This document shows, one piece after another, positions 38,715 to 47,167 of a DNA stretch of 64,000 nucleotides; position 1 is the stretch's first letter, and the number at the start of each line of letters is the position of its first letter. This DNA comes from Verrucomicrobiales bacterium (GTDB taxonomy: Bacteria > Verrucomicrobiota > Verrucomicrobiia > Limisphaerales > UBA11358), in NCBI GenBank assembly GCA_028712475.1, contig JAQTQB010000012.1:8029-72028 (forward strand), in the 5' to 3' direction. The position numbers and the translations under genes are program-made. Below the pieces are notes generated by a model. It was given only the letters and a program-made list of their open reading frames with translations, did not search any database and was not told the origin of the DNA.

Positions 38715-39179
38715 ATGGATTTGGCCGACATTTTAGGACGCGAGCAGATCGTCCCCGAACTGAAAGCAGCGAACCGCTGGGAAGCGATTGACGAACTCAT
38801 CGGCAATCTCGTGGCCACCGGCAAAATCCAGCCGGGCGACCGCGACGCCGTGACCGCCGCCGTCAAGAAGCGCGAAACCTCCATGTCCACGGGCATCGGC
38901 TTCGGCATCGGCATACCGCACGCCTCCACGGATTTGATTTGCGAAGTCGTTGGCGCGCTCGGTCGCTCCAAGTCCGGCGTGAATTTTGACGCGCTCGACA
39001 ACCAGCCCGTGAAGCTCGTCATGCTGTTCCTCGTGCCTCAAGGACAATTTCAGAAGCATCTCCACACGCTCGCCAACATCGCAAAACTTTTACACAAGGC
39101 CGATTTCCGCGAAGCCCTCGAAAAATCTGCCACTGCCGACGACATGCTCGCCATCATCCGCGAACACGGGAAAAAATAA
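38715..39179 (+). CDS. ptsN: PTS EIIA(Ntr)-like regulatory protein
   Basis: MDLADILGREQIVPELKAANRWEAIDEL and the phospho-His context GIGFGIGIPHAS. Confidence 0.8.
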   Translation: MDLADILGREQIVPELKAANRWEAIDELIGNLVATGKIQPGDRDAVTAAVKKRETSMSTGIGFGIGIPHASTDLICEVVGALGRSKSGVNFDALDNQPVKLVMLFLVPQGQFQKHLHTLANIAKLLHKADFREALEKSATADDMLAIIREHGKK

Positions 39180-39356
39180 AGCAGAACCGGACAAACGCAG
39201 AGGCGCCGAGGCCGCAAAGAGTCGCAGAGAAAAATTTCAGACAAAACTTGGTTTGCTGTTCAACAACTCCGCGCTTCTCCGCGTTCTCCGCGCCTCTACG
39301 TTCATCCTGAAAATTATCCGTGTCCATCTGTGTGCATCCGTGGTTAAATTTCCCCC

Positions 39357-41129
39357 GTGTCACCGCACAAACAAATTGAGTTGAAGCTGCAAGCCGCCGT
39401 CCGCGAAATTTTGCCGGATGCCGATGTCTCCGTCGTTTTAGTCCGTCCGTGCGACCCGAAATTTGGCGACTACCAGTCCAACGCGCTCATGTCGCTGGCC
39501 AGAACGCGCAAGCTGAATCCGCGCCAGCTTGCTGACGACACGCTCGCCAGGCTCGACGTTTCCGACGTTTGCGAGAAAGTGGAGATCGCCGGAGCGGGCT
39601 TCCTGAATTTTCGACTGAAGAAATCCGTCCTCGCGCAAACGCTCGAAGCCGCCGCGCGCGGCGAGCATTTATTTTTCACTAAAGCCGCCTCGCCGAAAAC
39701 GGTCGTCATTGATTTCAGTTCGCCGAACGTCGCCAAGCCGATGCACGTCGGCCACATCCGTTCCACGGGCATCGGCGACGCGCTCCAGCGCACGCTGCGT
39801 CTGCTCGGCCACCGCGTCATCAGCGACAACCACATCGGCGACTGGGGCACGCAGTTCGGCAAACTGCTGCTTGGCTGGAAACAAATTTTAAATCGCGAGA
39901 CCCTCGACCGCGACCCCATCGCCGAGATGGAACGCCTCTACAAAGTCATCAACCTCGAGTGCGACGCGAATCCCGCGCGGCTTGAAGAAGCCAAGTCGGA
40001 ACTGGTAAAACTCCAGGCGGGCGACGTGGAAAATATTTCCATCTGGCAGGAAATGATCCGCCTTTCGCAAATCCAATTCGACACGGTTTATTCGCGGCTC
40101 GGAGTAAAATTCGATCGCGCGCTTGGCGAAAGTTTTTACAATCCGCAGCTCGGCGAGGTCGTGAACGACTTGTTGCAATGCGGCATCGCGCGCGAAAGCG
40201 AAGGCGCGGTCGGCGTGTTCAGCGACGGCTCGCTGTCGCCCAAGGAAGACCCGTTTCTCGTCAACCGCGACGGCGAATGGGTGGCCGATCCCGCGCTCAT
40301 CCGCAAGAGCGACGGCGGTTTCAACTACACGACCACCGACCTCGCGACGGTGGATTACCGGTTGAAAACATGGTCGCCGGACGAAATTGTTTATGTCGTG
40401 GATGACCGGCAGTCCGGGCATTTCAAAAAGCTGTTTCTCATCGTCGCCCGCTGGAAACCGGACGCGGCCAAAAGCACGAAGCTCGTCCACATCGGCTTCG
40501 GAAAAATTCTCGGCGACGACGGCAGGCCGTTCAAGACGCGATCCGGCGACACGGTGAAACTCGGCGATTTACTAGACGAAGCCGAGGCGCGCGCGTTGAA
40601 AATTGTTTCCGAGAAAAGCTCCGAACTGTCCGAGGCGCAGCGCCGCGAGATTGCGCGCGTGGTCGGCCTCGGCGCGGTGAAATACGCCGACCTGCTGCCA
40701 AACCGCCAGAGCGATTACGTTTTCAGCTGGGACAAGATGCTCGCGCTGCAAGGCAACACCGCGCCGTATCTGCTTTATGCCTATGCGCGGATCAAGAGCA
40801 TTTTCCGGAAATCCGAAGCTGAACCCGCAATCCGCAATCCGCAATCCGCAATTGTTTTAACTGCGCCGGAAGAAATCACGCTGGCGAAACATCTGCTCAA
40901 CTTCGGCCTCACGCTCGAAGCGGTGGCGGAAGAATACCGTCCGAATTTCCTGTGCAATTACCTGTTTGAACTCGCGGGTCATTTCATGCGCTTCTTTGAA
41001 AATTGCCCCGTGCTGAAAGCCGACGATGCCGCCACGCGGAATTCCCGGCTGGCGCTGTGCGATTTGACGGCGCGCGTTTTGAAGCAGGGGTTGGAAACGC
41101 TCGGCATCGAAACCGTGGAGCAAATGTAA
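39357..41129 (+). CDS. argS: arginine--tRNA ligase
   Basis: The HIGH-type motif SPNVAKPMHVGHIRSTGIGDAL and the anticodon-binding C-terminus ending ETVEQM. GTG start. Confidence 0.95.
   Translation: MSPHKQIELKLQAAVREILPDADVSVVLVRPCDPKFGDYQSNALMSLARTRKLNPRQLADDTLARLDVSDVCEKVEIAGAGFLNFRLKKSVLAQTLEAAARGEHLFFTKAASPKTVVIDFSSPNVAKPMHVGHIRSTGIGDALQRTLRLLGHRVISDNHIGDWGTQFGKLLLGWKQILNRETLDRDPIAEMERLYKVINLECDANPARLEEAKSELVKLQAGDVENISIWQEMIRLSQIQFDTVYSRLGVKFDRALGESFYNPQLGEVVNDLLQCGIARESEGAVGVFSDGSLSPKEDPFLVNRDGEWVADPALIRKSDGGFNYTTTDLATVDYRLKTWSPDEIVYVVDDRQSGHFKKLFLIVARWKPDAAKSTKLVHIGFGKILGDDGRPFKTRSGDTVKLGDLLDEAEARALKIVSEKSSELSEAQRREIARVVGLGAVKYADLLPNRQSDYVFSWDKMLALQGNTAPYLLYAYARIKSIFRKSEAEPAIRNPQSAIVLTAPEEITLAKHLLNFGLTLEAVAEEYRPNFLCNYLFELAGHFMRFFENCPVLKADDAATRNSRLALCDLTARVLKQGLETLGIETVEQM
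40825..40852. repeat. (CCGCAAT)x4 heptanucleotide tandem repeat inside argS
   Basis: Four perfect 7-nt units read directly, translated as PAIRNPQSAI in a linker before the anticodon-binding domain. Confidence 0.9.
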
Positions 41130-41130
41130 G

Positions 41131-41865
41131 TCATTTGGCCGGCTTCTCGCCGTAATTGATCGCCATTGCGCCGCCGAGCAGATTGATGACGCGCACGTTC
41201 GCGAGTTTCAGGCTGCGCATTTTTCCCGCCACGGCCAGTTGCGCCGGATAATGTTTCAGCGATTCCAAAATGTAGGCGTAGGCCGATGCGTTGCCGCAGA
41301 ACAGCAGGCCGATGAGCGGGACGGAGCATTTCAGGTGGGTGAAATAAAGCGCGCGCCACAGGGCGTTTGCAGGCTTGCCAAAATCCAGCACGATGAGCCG
41401 CGCGCCCGGCCGTGCCACGCGGTGCATTTCATCCAGGCCGCGTTCCCAGCTCGTCAGGTTCCGCAGGCCGTAGCCCACGGTCACGATGTCGAAGGAGTTG
41501 TCAGGAAAAGGAATTTGCTGCGCGTCGCCCTGAATGAAAATCGGGTTTGGGGTCTGGGGTCTGGGGTCTGGGGTTTTGCTTCGTTCAGTGGCGACTTCGA
41601 GCATTTGTGGGCTGAAATCGAGGCCGGTGGTCTCCGCGCCGCGTTGTGCAAGCGCCAGCGCGATGTCGCCGGTGCCGCAGCACAAATCCAGCGCGATGTC
41701 GCCGGATTTGATTTGGGCAAGGCGGACGACGCGGCGTTTCCAGAGCCGGTGGAGGCCGAAGCTTTGCAAGTCATTGATCAAATCATAACGCCGGGCAATG
41801 GCGGCGAAGAGGTCGTTGACCTTCGCCGCGCGTTGCGCGCCGGGGGCGTAGAAAGTGTTGCTCAC
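41131..41865 (-). CDS. ubiE: demethylmenaquinone/ubiquinone C-methyltransferase (UbiE/MenG family)
   Basis: YDLINDLQSFGLHRLWKR, the SAM motif LDLCCGTGDIALAL and VGYGLRNL. Convergent with argS, 1 nt apart. Confidence 0.9.
   Translation of the reverse strand: MSNTFYAPGAQRAAKVNDLFAAIARRYDLINDLQSFGLHRLWKRRVVRLAQIKSGDIALDLCCGTGDIALALAQRGAETTGLDFSPQMLEVATERSKTPDPRPQTPNPIFIQGDAQQIPFPDNSFDIVTVGYGLRNLTSWERGLDEMHRVARPGARLIVLDFGKPANALWRALYFTHLKCSVPLIGLLFCGNASAYAYILESLKHYPAQLAVAGKMRSLKLANVRVINLLGGAMAINYGEKPAK
41549..41569. repeat. (GGGGTCT)x3 heptanucleotide tandem repeat inside ubiE (partial units extend to 41543-41577)
   Basis: Three perfect 7-nt units, translated on the minus strand as KTPDPRPQTPNP. 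Confidence 0.9.
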
Positions 41866-42006
41866 GCGGGCAGTCTAACACAGCGGCGGGAGGAAAAGTC
41901 AAAGCCGCAGAAATTGTGCTTTTTTTACCGATTAGGTTTTGTTAGTGTCCAACGCGGCCACTGCCCAAATGATGTGATGTTTTGGTTGAAGTCCGATTGA
42001 CCCGAT

Positions 42007-42417
42007 ATGAGCGCTAAACCGACTCCAGAAAAAAAGAAAAAGATTTTAGTGGTGGATGATAATGAAATCATCCTCAAAACCATTTCCTTGCGACTGCAGG
42101 GGGCTGGTTATGAGGTTGTTACGGCGTTGGATGGGTCAGAAGCGGTCTCGGCGGCACGCAAGGAGGCTCCGGATCTGGTTTTGCTGGACATCAGTTTTCC
42201 GCCGGATGTCGGCGGGGTGGAATGGGACGGCTTCCGCATCATGGAATGGTTTCGCCGGATGGAAAACGTGAAGAAGATACCGGTCATCGTCATCACCGGC
42301 GGCGAGGAAGTGAAGAGCAAGGAGCGGGCGATTTCCGGCGGAGCGGTGGCGTTTTTCCACAAGCCCGTTGACCACGACGATTTGTTGAAGGTGATCCGTG
42401 CGACCTTGGGCCATTAA
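42007..42417 (+). CDS. single-domain response regulator (CheY-like receiver)
   Basis: KKILVVDDNEII...PDLVLLDISFP...PVIVITG...AFFHKP. 136 aa. Confidence 0.9.
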   Translation: MSAKPTPEKKKKILVVDDNEIILKTISLRLQGAGYEVVTALDGSEAVSAARKEAPDLVLLDISFPPDVGGVEWDGFRIMEWFRRMENVKKIPVIVITGGEEVKSKERAISGGAVAFFHKPVDHDDLLKVIRATLGH

Positions 42418-42485
42418 ATGAACCGGTTTGAAATCGGGCTTGCAAATCCGTGCCGTTCGCGTAGTTTGCGCCCTGTCTTCTGGAA

Positions 42486-42562
42486 GCGAGCGTAGCTCAG
42501 CCTGGTAGAGCATCACGTTGCCAACGTGAGTGTCGAGGGTTCGAATCCCTTCGCTCGCTCCA
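42486..42562 (+). tRNA. tRNA-Gly (anticodon GCC), CCA encoded
   Basis: Cloverleaf folded by hand: acceptor GCGAGCG/CGCTCGC, D-arm GCTC-AGCCTGGTA-GAGC, anticodon arm TCACG-TTGCCAA-CGTGA, T-arm GAGGG-TTCGAAT-CCCTT, discriminator U, CCA. Confidence 0.93.
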
Positions 42563-42630
42563 ATTTCACCGCCGTAATTCTTTCCGTAAACCAGCTTGAT
42601 TTCCCCAAAAATGCAGGGAAAATTCCACGC

Positions 42631-42885
42631 ATGGCTTTACCAACCGAACCCGTCACCTTGAGCGTTGAACAGATCAACGAATTGAATCAGAAACTTTCCA
42701 CGATGCGTCACGATGTGAACGGCAAATTAAGCCTTATCACGCTCGCCTTGGGGGCATTCCAACTCCAGCCTGAAAGCGGCGAGCGGTGGTTGAACATCAT
42801 GGCCGAGCAGCCGCAAAAAATCGTCGCCGAGATCACGCAGTTTTCACGCGACATGGAAGCCGCCCTGCGGATTACGCGGCCTTGA
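42631..42885 (+). CDS. small hypothetical protein (84 aa) with an H-box-like motif
   Basis: Start set after the tRNA. STMRHDVNGKLSLITLAL resembles a histidine-kinase DHp H-box. Predicted helical. Weak call. Confidence 0.4.
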   Translation: MALPTEPVTLSVEQINELNQKLSTMRHDVNGKLSLITLALGAFQLQPESGERWLNIMAEQPQKIVAEITQFSRDMEAALRITRP

Positions 42886-42948
42886 AACAGTAAATTTAAT
42901 GCGGCTTTTGACTTTGGCTTTGGCGGATTTCTCCGGCACACTCGCAAA

Positions 42949-43524
42949 ATGGAACGGACTGAAGCCGAATTGATTGCCGCAGTGCTGAAGGGCGACGCCG
43001 AAAGCTTCGAGCCGCTCGTCCAGAAATATTCCCCCCGCGTTTTCGCCACCGCCCGCCGCTACGCCCGCCGCGAAAGCGAGGTCGAGGACATCGCGCAGGA
43101 AGTCTGGCTCAAGGCATTTTCCAAGCTCCACAGTTTCCGGGGCGAGGCGCCGTTTGAACACTGGCTCATGCGGATGACGGTGCGGACATGCTACGATTTT
43201 TTGCGCGGCCACCAGCGCAACCGCGAGTCGTCCTTCTCCGAATTAAGCGAGCCGGAAAACGACTGGCTGGAGCGTTTTGTGACGCAGCCGGAAACCGCGC
43301 CGCATAATGCGGACGCGGCAAGATTACTGGTTGGCCGCGTGCTGGAAAAACTTTCACCGCCGGCGCGGCTTGTCATCACGCTGCTGGAAATCGAGGATCG
43401 TTCCGTGAAGGAGATTGCCGAACTCACTGGCTGGTCGGTGCCGCTGGTGAAGGTCCGCGCCTTCCGGGCGCGCGGCGAAATGCGGAAAATTCTGGCGAAA
43501 ATGGCCAGCGAGAAGTATTTGTAA
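42949..43524 (+). CDS. ECF-type RNA polymerase sigma factor
   Basis: DIAQEVWLKAFSKLHSFRGEAPFEHWLMRMTVRTCYDFLR and LVITLLEIEDRSVKEIAELTGWSVPLVKVRAFRAR. Confidence 0.9.
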   Translation: MERTEAELIAAVLKGDAESFEPLVQKYSPRVFATARRYARRESEVEDIAQEVWLKAFSKLHSFRGEAPFEHWLMRMTVRTCYDFLRGHQRNRESSFSELSEPENDWLERFVTQPETAPHNADAARLLVGRVLEKLSPPARLVITLLEIEDRSVKEIAELTGWSVPLVKVRAFRARGEMRKILAKMASEKYL

Positions 43525-43564
43525 CCCGTCGCTCCAAGGCGGCGTCTGAAAAATTGGAACGCAT

Positions 43565-43876
43565 ATGAATCTGGTTGAACTGCAAAAGAAACTGATTGCC
43601 GCCGCTCGTGCCAATGTGCCGGGCGACCAGGTGCCGTATGCTTTTGAAAAACGTATCACCGCCCTGCTAGCCTCCCGCGTTGCCGCTGAAAACATGAATT
43701 TATGGGTGCGCGGACTCTGGCGCGCGGCGGTTTCGTGCGTCGCCATCACCTTGCTGCTCGGTGCGTGGGCGGTTCTTAATAATCCGGCGACAACGACCAC
43801 GGCCACCGACGACTTTTCGAAGAATTTCGAGAGCACGCTGCTGGCATCCGTGGATCAAAACGATCAGTCACAGTGA
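43565..43876 (+). CDS. putative membrane anti-sigma factor (103 aa)
   Basis: Immediately downstream of the ECF sigma gene, with a single TM AAVSCVAITLLLGAWAVL. The call is by position. Confidence 0.5.
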   Translation: MNLVELQKKLIAAARANVPGDQVPYAFEKRITALLASRVAAENMNLWVRGLWRAAVSCVAITLLLGAWAVLNNPATTTTATDDFSKNFESTLLASVDQNDQSQ

Positions 43877-44373
43877 ACTACTGGAAAGTCATCCTGGCGA
43901 CCGTGGTTATTTTTGGCGCGGGTGTTTTGACCGGCGGCCTGCTGGTGAATTACGTTGACCACTCGCACCCGCATCATTTGCCGGCGAATGCCTGGTCGCG
44001 CCCCGCAACGAATAATGCAACACAGCCACGTCAGCCGGATATTCCTCCGCCCCGCATGGCGGAAAAAATGAGCAAACAATTCGTGCAGCAGCTCAACGAC
44101 AAACTCCGGCTCACGCCGGAACAGCGTGTGAAAATTGAAAAAATCATCGCCGACGGCCAGGAACGCAACCACGAAATCTGGACGAACATCGCCCCAAAAA
44201 TGCGCGCGGTGATGCAGGAGGTCAACCAGCAGATTCGCGCGGAACTTACGCCGGAACAGTTGAAGCCGTTTGAAGAATTGTTGAAACACCCGCCGCGCCG
44301 TCCGCCGCCCGGCACCAACACCCCTCCGGCAAATCTGCCACCGCCACCGTTGACGAACGCGCCCGGCGTTTGA
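43873..44373 (+). CDS. periplasmic Spy/CpxP-like (LTxxQ) protein
   Basis: GTGA overlap with the previous gene, an N-terminal TM or signal anchor, LTPEQ motifs twice (RLTPEQRVKIE, ELTPEQLKPFE) and a Pro-rich tail. Confidence 0.6.
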   Translation: MNYWKVILATVVIFGAGVLTGGLLVNYVDHSHPHHLPANAWSRPATNNATQPRQPDIPPPRMAEKMSKQFVQQLNDKLRLTPEQRVKIEKIIADGQERNHEIWTNIAPKMRAVMQEVNQQIRAELTPEQLKPFEELLKHPPRRPPPGTNTPPANLPPPPLTNAPGV

Positions 44374-44374
44374 T

Positions 44375-45088
44375 TCATTCTCCGGCGAGCAGCGCGCCGA
44401 TTTTTTTCCGTAATTCCTTCGTCACAAAATCCACGGAGCGGTTGCCGTCCATGATCGTGAAACCGTAGGTCTTCTGTAATTGCCGGAACGCCATCTGCAT
44501 TGCGGTCTGATATTTCAAAAAGCTGTCGAACACGTCCCGGGACAGGCCTAGATCCATTCCGCTTTCCCAATAATCCAGAGTCGCGCTTTTCGCGAGATTG
44601 CGCTGCACGAGTTCCTGGGCTTCGACGGAGAGATAAAAAACCGCGTCGGGTTCGAGCGCGATGCCGTAAAGATTTTTCAACCACGCCCCGTTCATGCCGC
44701 GCACCATGTCACGCGCCATGAGCGTGTAAATGTAGCGGTCGGCCAGAACGATGAAACCCGCTCGCAATGCGGGCAAAATGATGTTTTCAAGCTGGTCGGC
44801 AAAATCCGTCGCGTAGAACAGGCTCAACGTCGAACGGCTCAAAATGTTTCCGTTCTGCGCCTGGTTTAACTCTTCGCTGACGAGCGTGGAACGCTTCAAG
44901 CCGACTTGCACCGTCGGGTGGCCGCTCGTTTCCAGCCATTCGACCAGCCGTGCGATTTGCGTGGAACGGCCTGAACCATCTGCGCCCTCAATGACGATCA
45001 ATTTGCCCTGGAGTTCTTCAAGTTTGACGCCCGGGATGCCGTGGCCATAAAAGCGGCGGCAGATTTTTTTGGCGGCGGAATTTTTCAT
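44375..45088 (-). CDS. dTMP kinase-like protein, P-loop GSGRST variant
   Basis: LIVIEGADGSGRSTQI (Arg replaces the P-loop Lys) and LADRYIYT (DRY motif). 237 aa. ATGA overlap with the upstream paralog. Confidence 0.65.
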   Translation of the reverse strand: MKNSAAKKICRRFYGHGIPGVKLEELQGKLIVIEGADGSGRSTQIARLVEWLETSGHPTVQVGLKRSTLVSEELNQAQNGNILSRSTLSLFYATDFADQLENIILPALRAGFIVLADRYIYTLMARDMVRGMNGAWLKNLYGIALEPDAVFYLSVEAQELVQRNLAKSATLDYWESGMDLGLSRDVFDSFLKYQTAMQMAFRQLQKTYGFTIMDGNRSVDFVTKELRKKIGALLAGE

Positions 45089-45834
45089 GCGGCCATGTCC
45101 TCCCCGATTTGCGACGTCCGCTCATCGGCGCGAACCGCCGGTGGCAGCGGCAGCGGGCTGCGGCGTTTGAATTTCGCCAGCGCGATTTTTTCGCTCACCA
45201 GTTTCCGCACCAGCACCTGTTGTTTCTCGACGTGCTGGTTCGCATCCATGACCATGAATTTAAATTCGCCGCTCATCGCCATGTATTGCTCCAGGATGCG
45301 GCCCTGAAAAATGCGGAAGCTTTCATACGGATCGCTCGACAGCTGTAAATCCATGCCCGCCTCGAAAAACTTCAATTTTGGCCGGCCATCGAGAATCCGT
45401 TGCAACGACACCTCCAGATCCGCCTTGAAGAAAAAAGTGAGGTCGGGCAGCGCGGCGAAATTATACAGCCCGCGCACCCAGTCCGGCGGACAGCCGCGCG
45501 TCACATCGCGCGCGAACGCGGTGAAAATATACCGGTCGCACAATACGACGTAGCCCGCGCGCAAGAGCGGCAGCAAATGCCGTTCGTAGCGGTCGGCAAA
45601 ATCCGTCGCGTGAATCAAACTGAAAGTGGTCGGTGTGAGCAGTTCTCGTTTTTTGCCTTTGCTGGTGGCGGATTTCACCAGTTCGGAGGAATTCCATTCG
45701 CTGAAATAGACCTTGATGCCCTCGGCTTCGAGCCAGCGTTTGAGCAGATAAATCTGCGTGGACTTGCCCGAACCGTCGAGACCTTCGACGGCGATCAATC
45801 GTCCGGGGAAATTCAGTTCCGCAAAAGTTTTCAT
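45085..45834 (-). CDS. dTMP kinase-like protein, canonical P-loop
   Basis: LIAVEGLDGSGKSTQI and LCDRYIFTAFAR. 249 aa with a C-terminal extension. Confidence 0.7.
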   Translation of the reverse strand: MKTFAELNFPGRLIAVEGLDGSGKSTQIYLLKRWLEAEGIKVYFSEWNSSELVKSATSKGKKRELLTPTTFSLIHATDFADRYERHLLPLLRAGYVVLCDRYIFTAFARDVTRGCPPDWVRGLYNFAALPDLTFFFKADLEVSLQRILDGRPKLKFFEAGMDLQLSSDPYESFRIFQGRILEQYMAMSGEFKFMVMDANQHVEKQQVLVRKLVSEKIALAKFKRRSPLPLPPAVRADERTSQIGEDMAA

Positions 45835-46042
45835 GATTCGCGCCTGCGCGTTTGATGATTGTCATGCAAGTCGTCGCCGGTCACAAGCGCAAGTTGAGGG
45901 TGCAAATTCTGCAATCGGCGGGGTTAAGAGATTGGACCAACCATATTTTGCCACGTCCTTGTGAAAAAAATCACAATAAAACTTGCCTCGTTTTTTTGTC
46001 AGAGTTAGGCTCTCACGGCTTCCATTTGGAGGCAGCGTGTCC

Positions 46043-46576
46043 ATGCAAACCCAAAGCGAAATCGGCTACAATTCAAAGATCGAAGGCGACGTGGTCATCA
46101 CGCGCATTGATGCCGCGCTTGCCTGGTTTCAAAAGAATTCCGTCTGGCCCATGCCCATGGGCCTCGCGTGCTGCGGCATCGAATTGATGGCCGTCGGCGC
46201 GAGCCGGTTTGATATTTCGCGGTTCGGCTCGGAGGTCATGCGTTTTTCGCCGCGCCAGTCGGATTGCATGATTGTCGCCGGCACCGTCACCTACAAGATG
46301 GCCGGTTTCGTGAAGCGCATTTACGACCAGATGCCGTCGCCGAAATGGGTCATCGCGATGGGCGCGTGCGCCTCTACCGGCGGGATGTATCGCAGTTACG
46401 CCGTGTTACAGGGCGTGGATAACATCATTCCCGTGGATGTCTATGTTTCCGGCTGCCCGCCGCGTCCTGAAGCTGTGCTGGATGCGCTGATAAAGATTCA
46501 GAACCAAATCGGCAAAGAACCCATTTTAGGCAAAATGAATCTGGTCGCTAAATTGACCGGCTCCTCGAAATCCTGA
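46043..46576 (+). CDS. nuoB: NADH-quinone oxidoreductase subunit B
   Basis: [15 protein letters not shown] and [16 protein letters not shown] sits ~10 nt upstream of ATG 46043. Confidence 0.93.
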   Translation: MQTQSEIGYNSKIEGDVVITRIDAALAWFQKNSVWPMPMGLACCGIELMAVGASRFDISRFGSEVMRFSPRQSDCMIVAGTVTYKMAGFVKRIYDQMPSPKWVIAMGACASTGGMYRSYAVLQGVDNIIPVDVYVSGCPPRPEAVLDALIKIQNQIGKEPILGKMNLVAKLTGSSKS

Positions 46577-46583
46577 ATTTCCT

Positions 46584-47162
46584 GTGCTTACCCTCGATTT
46601 AGCCAATCAACTCAAAGCGAAGTTCGGCGATTTTATCTCCGAACCGGTGGAATTTCGCGGTGAAATCACGGTCAAACTGGCCGACGCGGAACAAATCGCG
46701 GAAGTCTGCGGCTTCGCAAAAGCCAAATTGGGTTTCAATTATCTCGTGGACATTTCCAGCCTGGATAATTACGGCGAGGATCCGCGCTGGACGCTGGTTT
46801 ATGAGCTGCGTAATTTCGCGAACGGCGCGGAACTGCGCATCAAAACCGACGTGAGCGAGGAAAAGTCCGAGCTGCCGACCGTTCTTGGCGTGTGGGCCAC
46901 CGCCAACTGGCACGAGCGCGAAATTTACGACATGATGGGCATCCGTTTTCGCGGCCATCCTGATTTGCGCCGGATTTTGATGTGGGAAGGCTATCCGTAT
47001 TTTCCGTTGCGGAAGGATTTTCCGCTGGCCGGCAAGCCGACCAACGTGCCGGAAGTCGCGTTCACCGAAGTTTCGCCGATGGAAGGCGGGCCGTTTGTGA
47101 CGATTCCCAGCTCTGGCGATGCGATTGGCCGCGAACCGCGTGTGCGTAATCCCGAAGAATAA
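46584..47162 (+). CDS. nuoC: NADH-quinone oxidoreductase subunit C
   Basis: ANWHEREIYDMMGIRFRGHPDLRRIL. GTG start. Confidence 0.9.
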   Translation: MLTLDLANQLKAKFGDFISEPVEFRGEITVKLADAEQIAEVCGFAKAKLGFNYLVDISSLDNYGEDPRWTLVYELRNFANGAELRIKTDVSEEKSELPTVLGVWATANWHEREIYDMMGIRFRGHPDLRRILMWEGYPYFPLRKDFPLAGKPTNVPEVAFTEVSPMEGGPFVTIPSSGDAIGREPRVRNPEE

Positions 47163-47167
47163 TTCTC

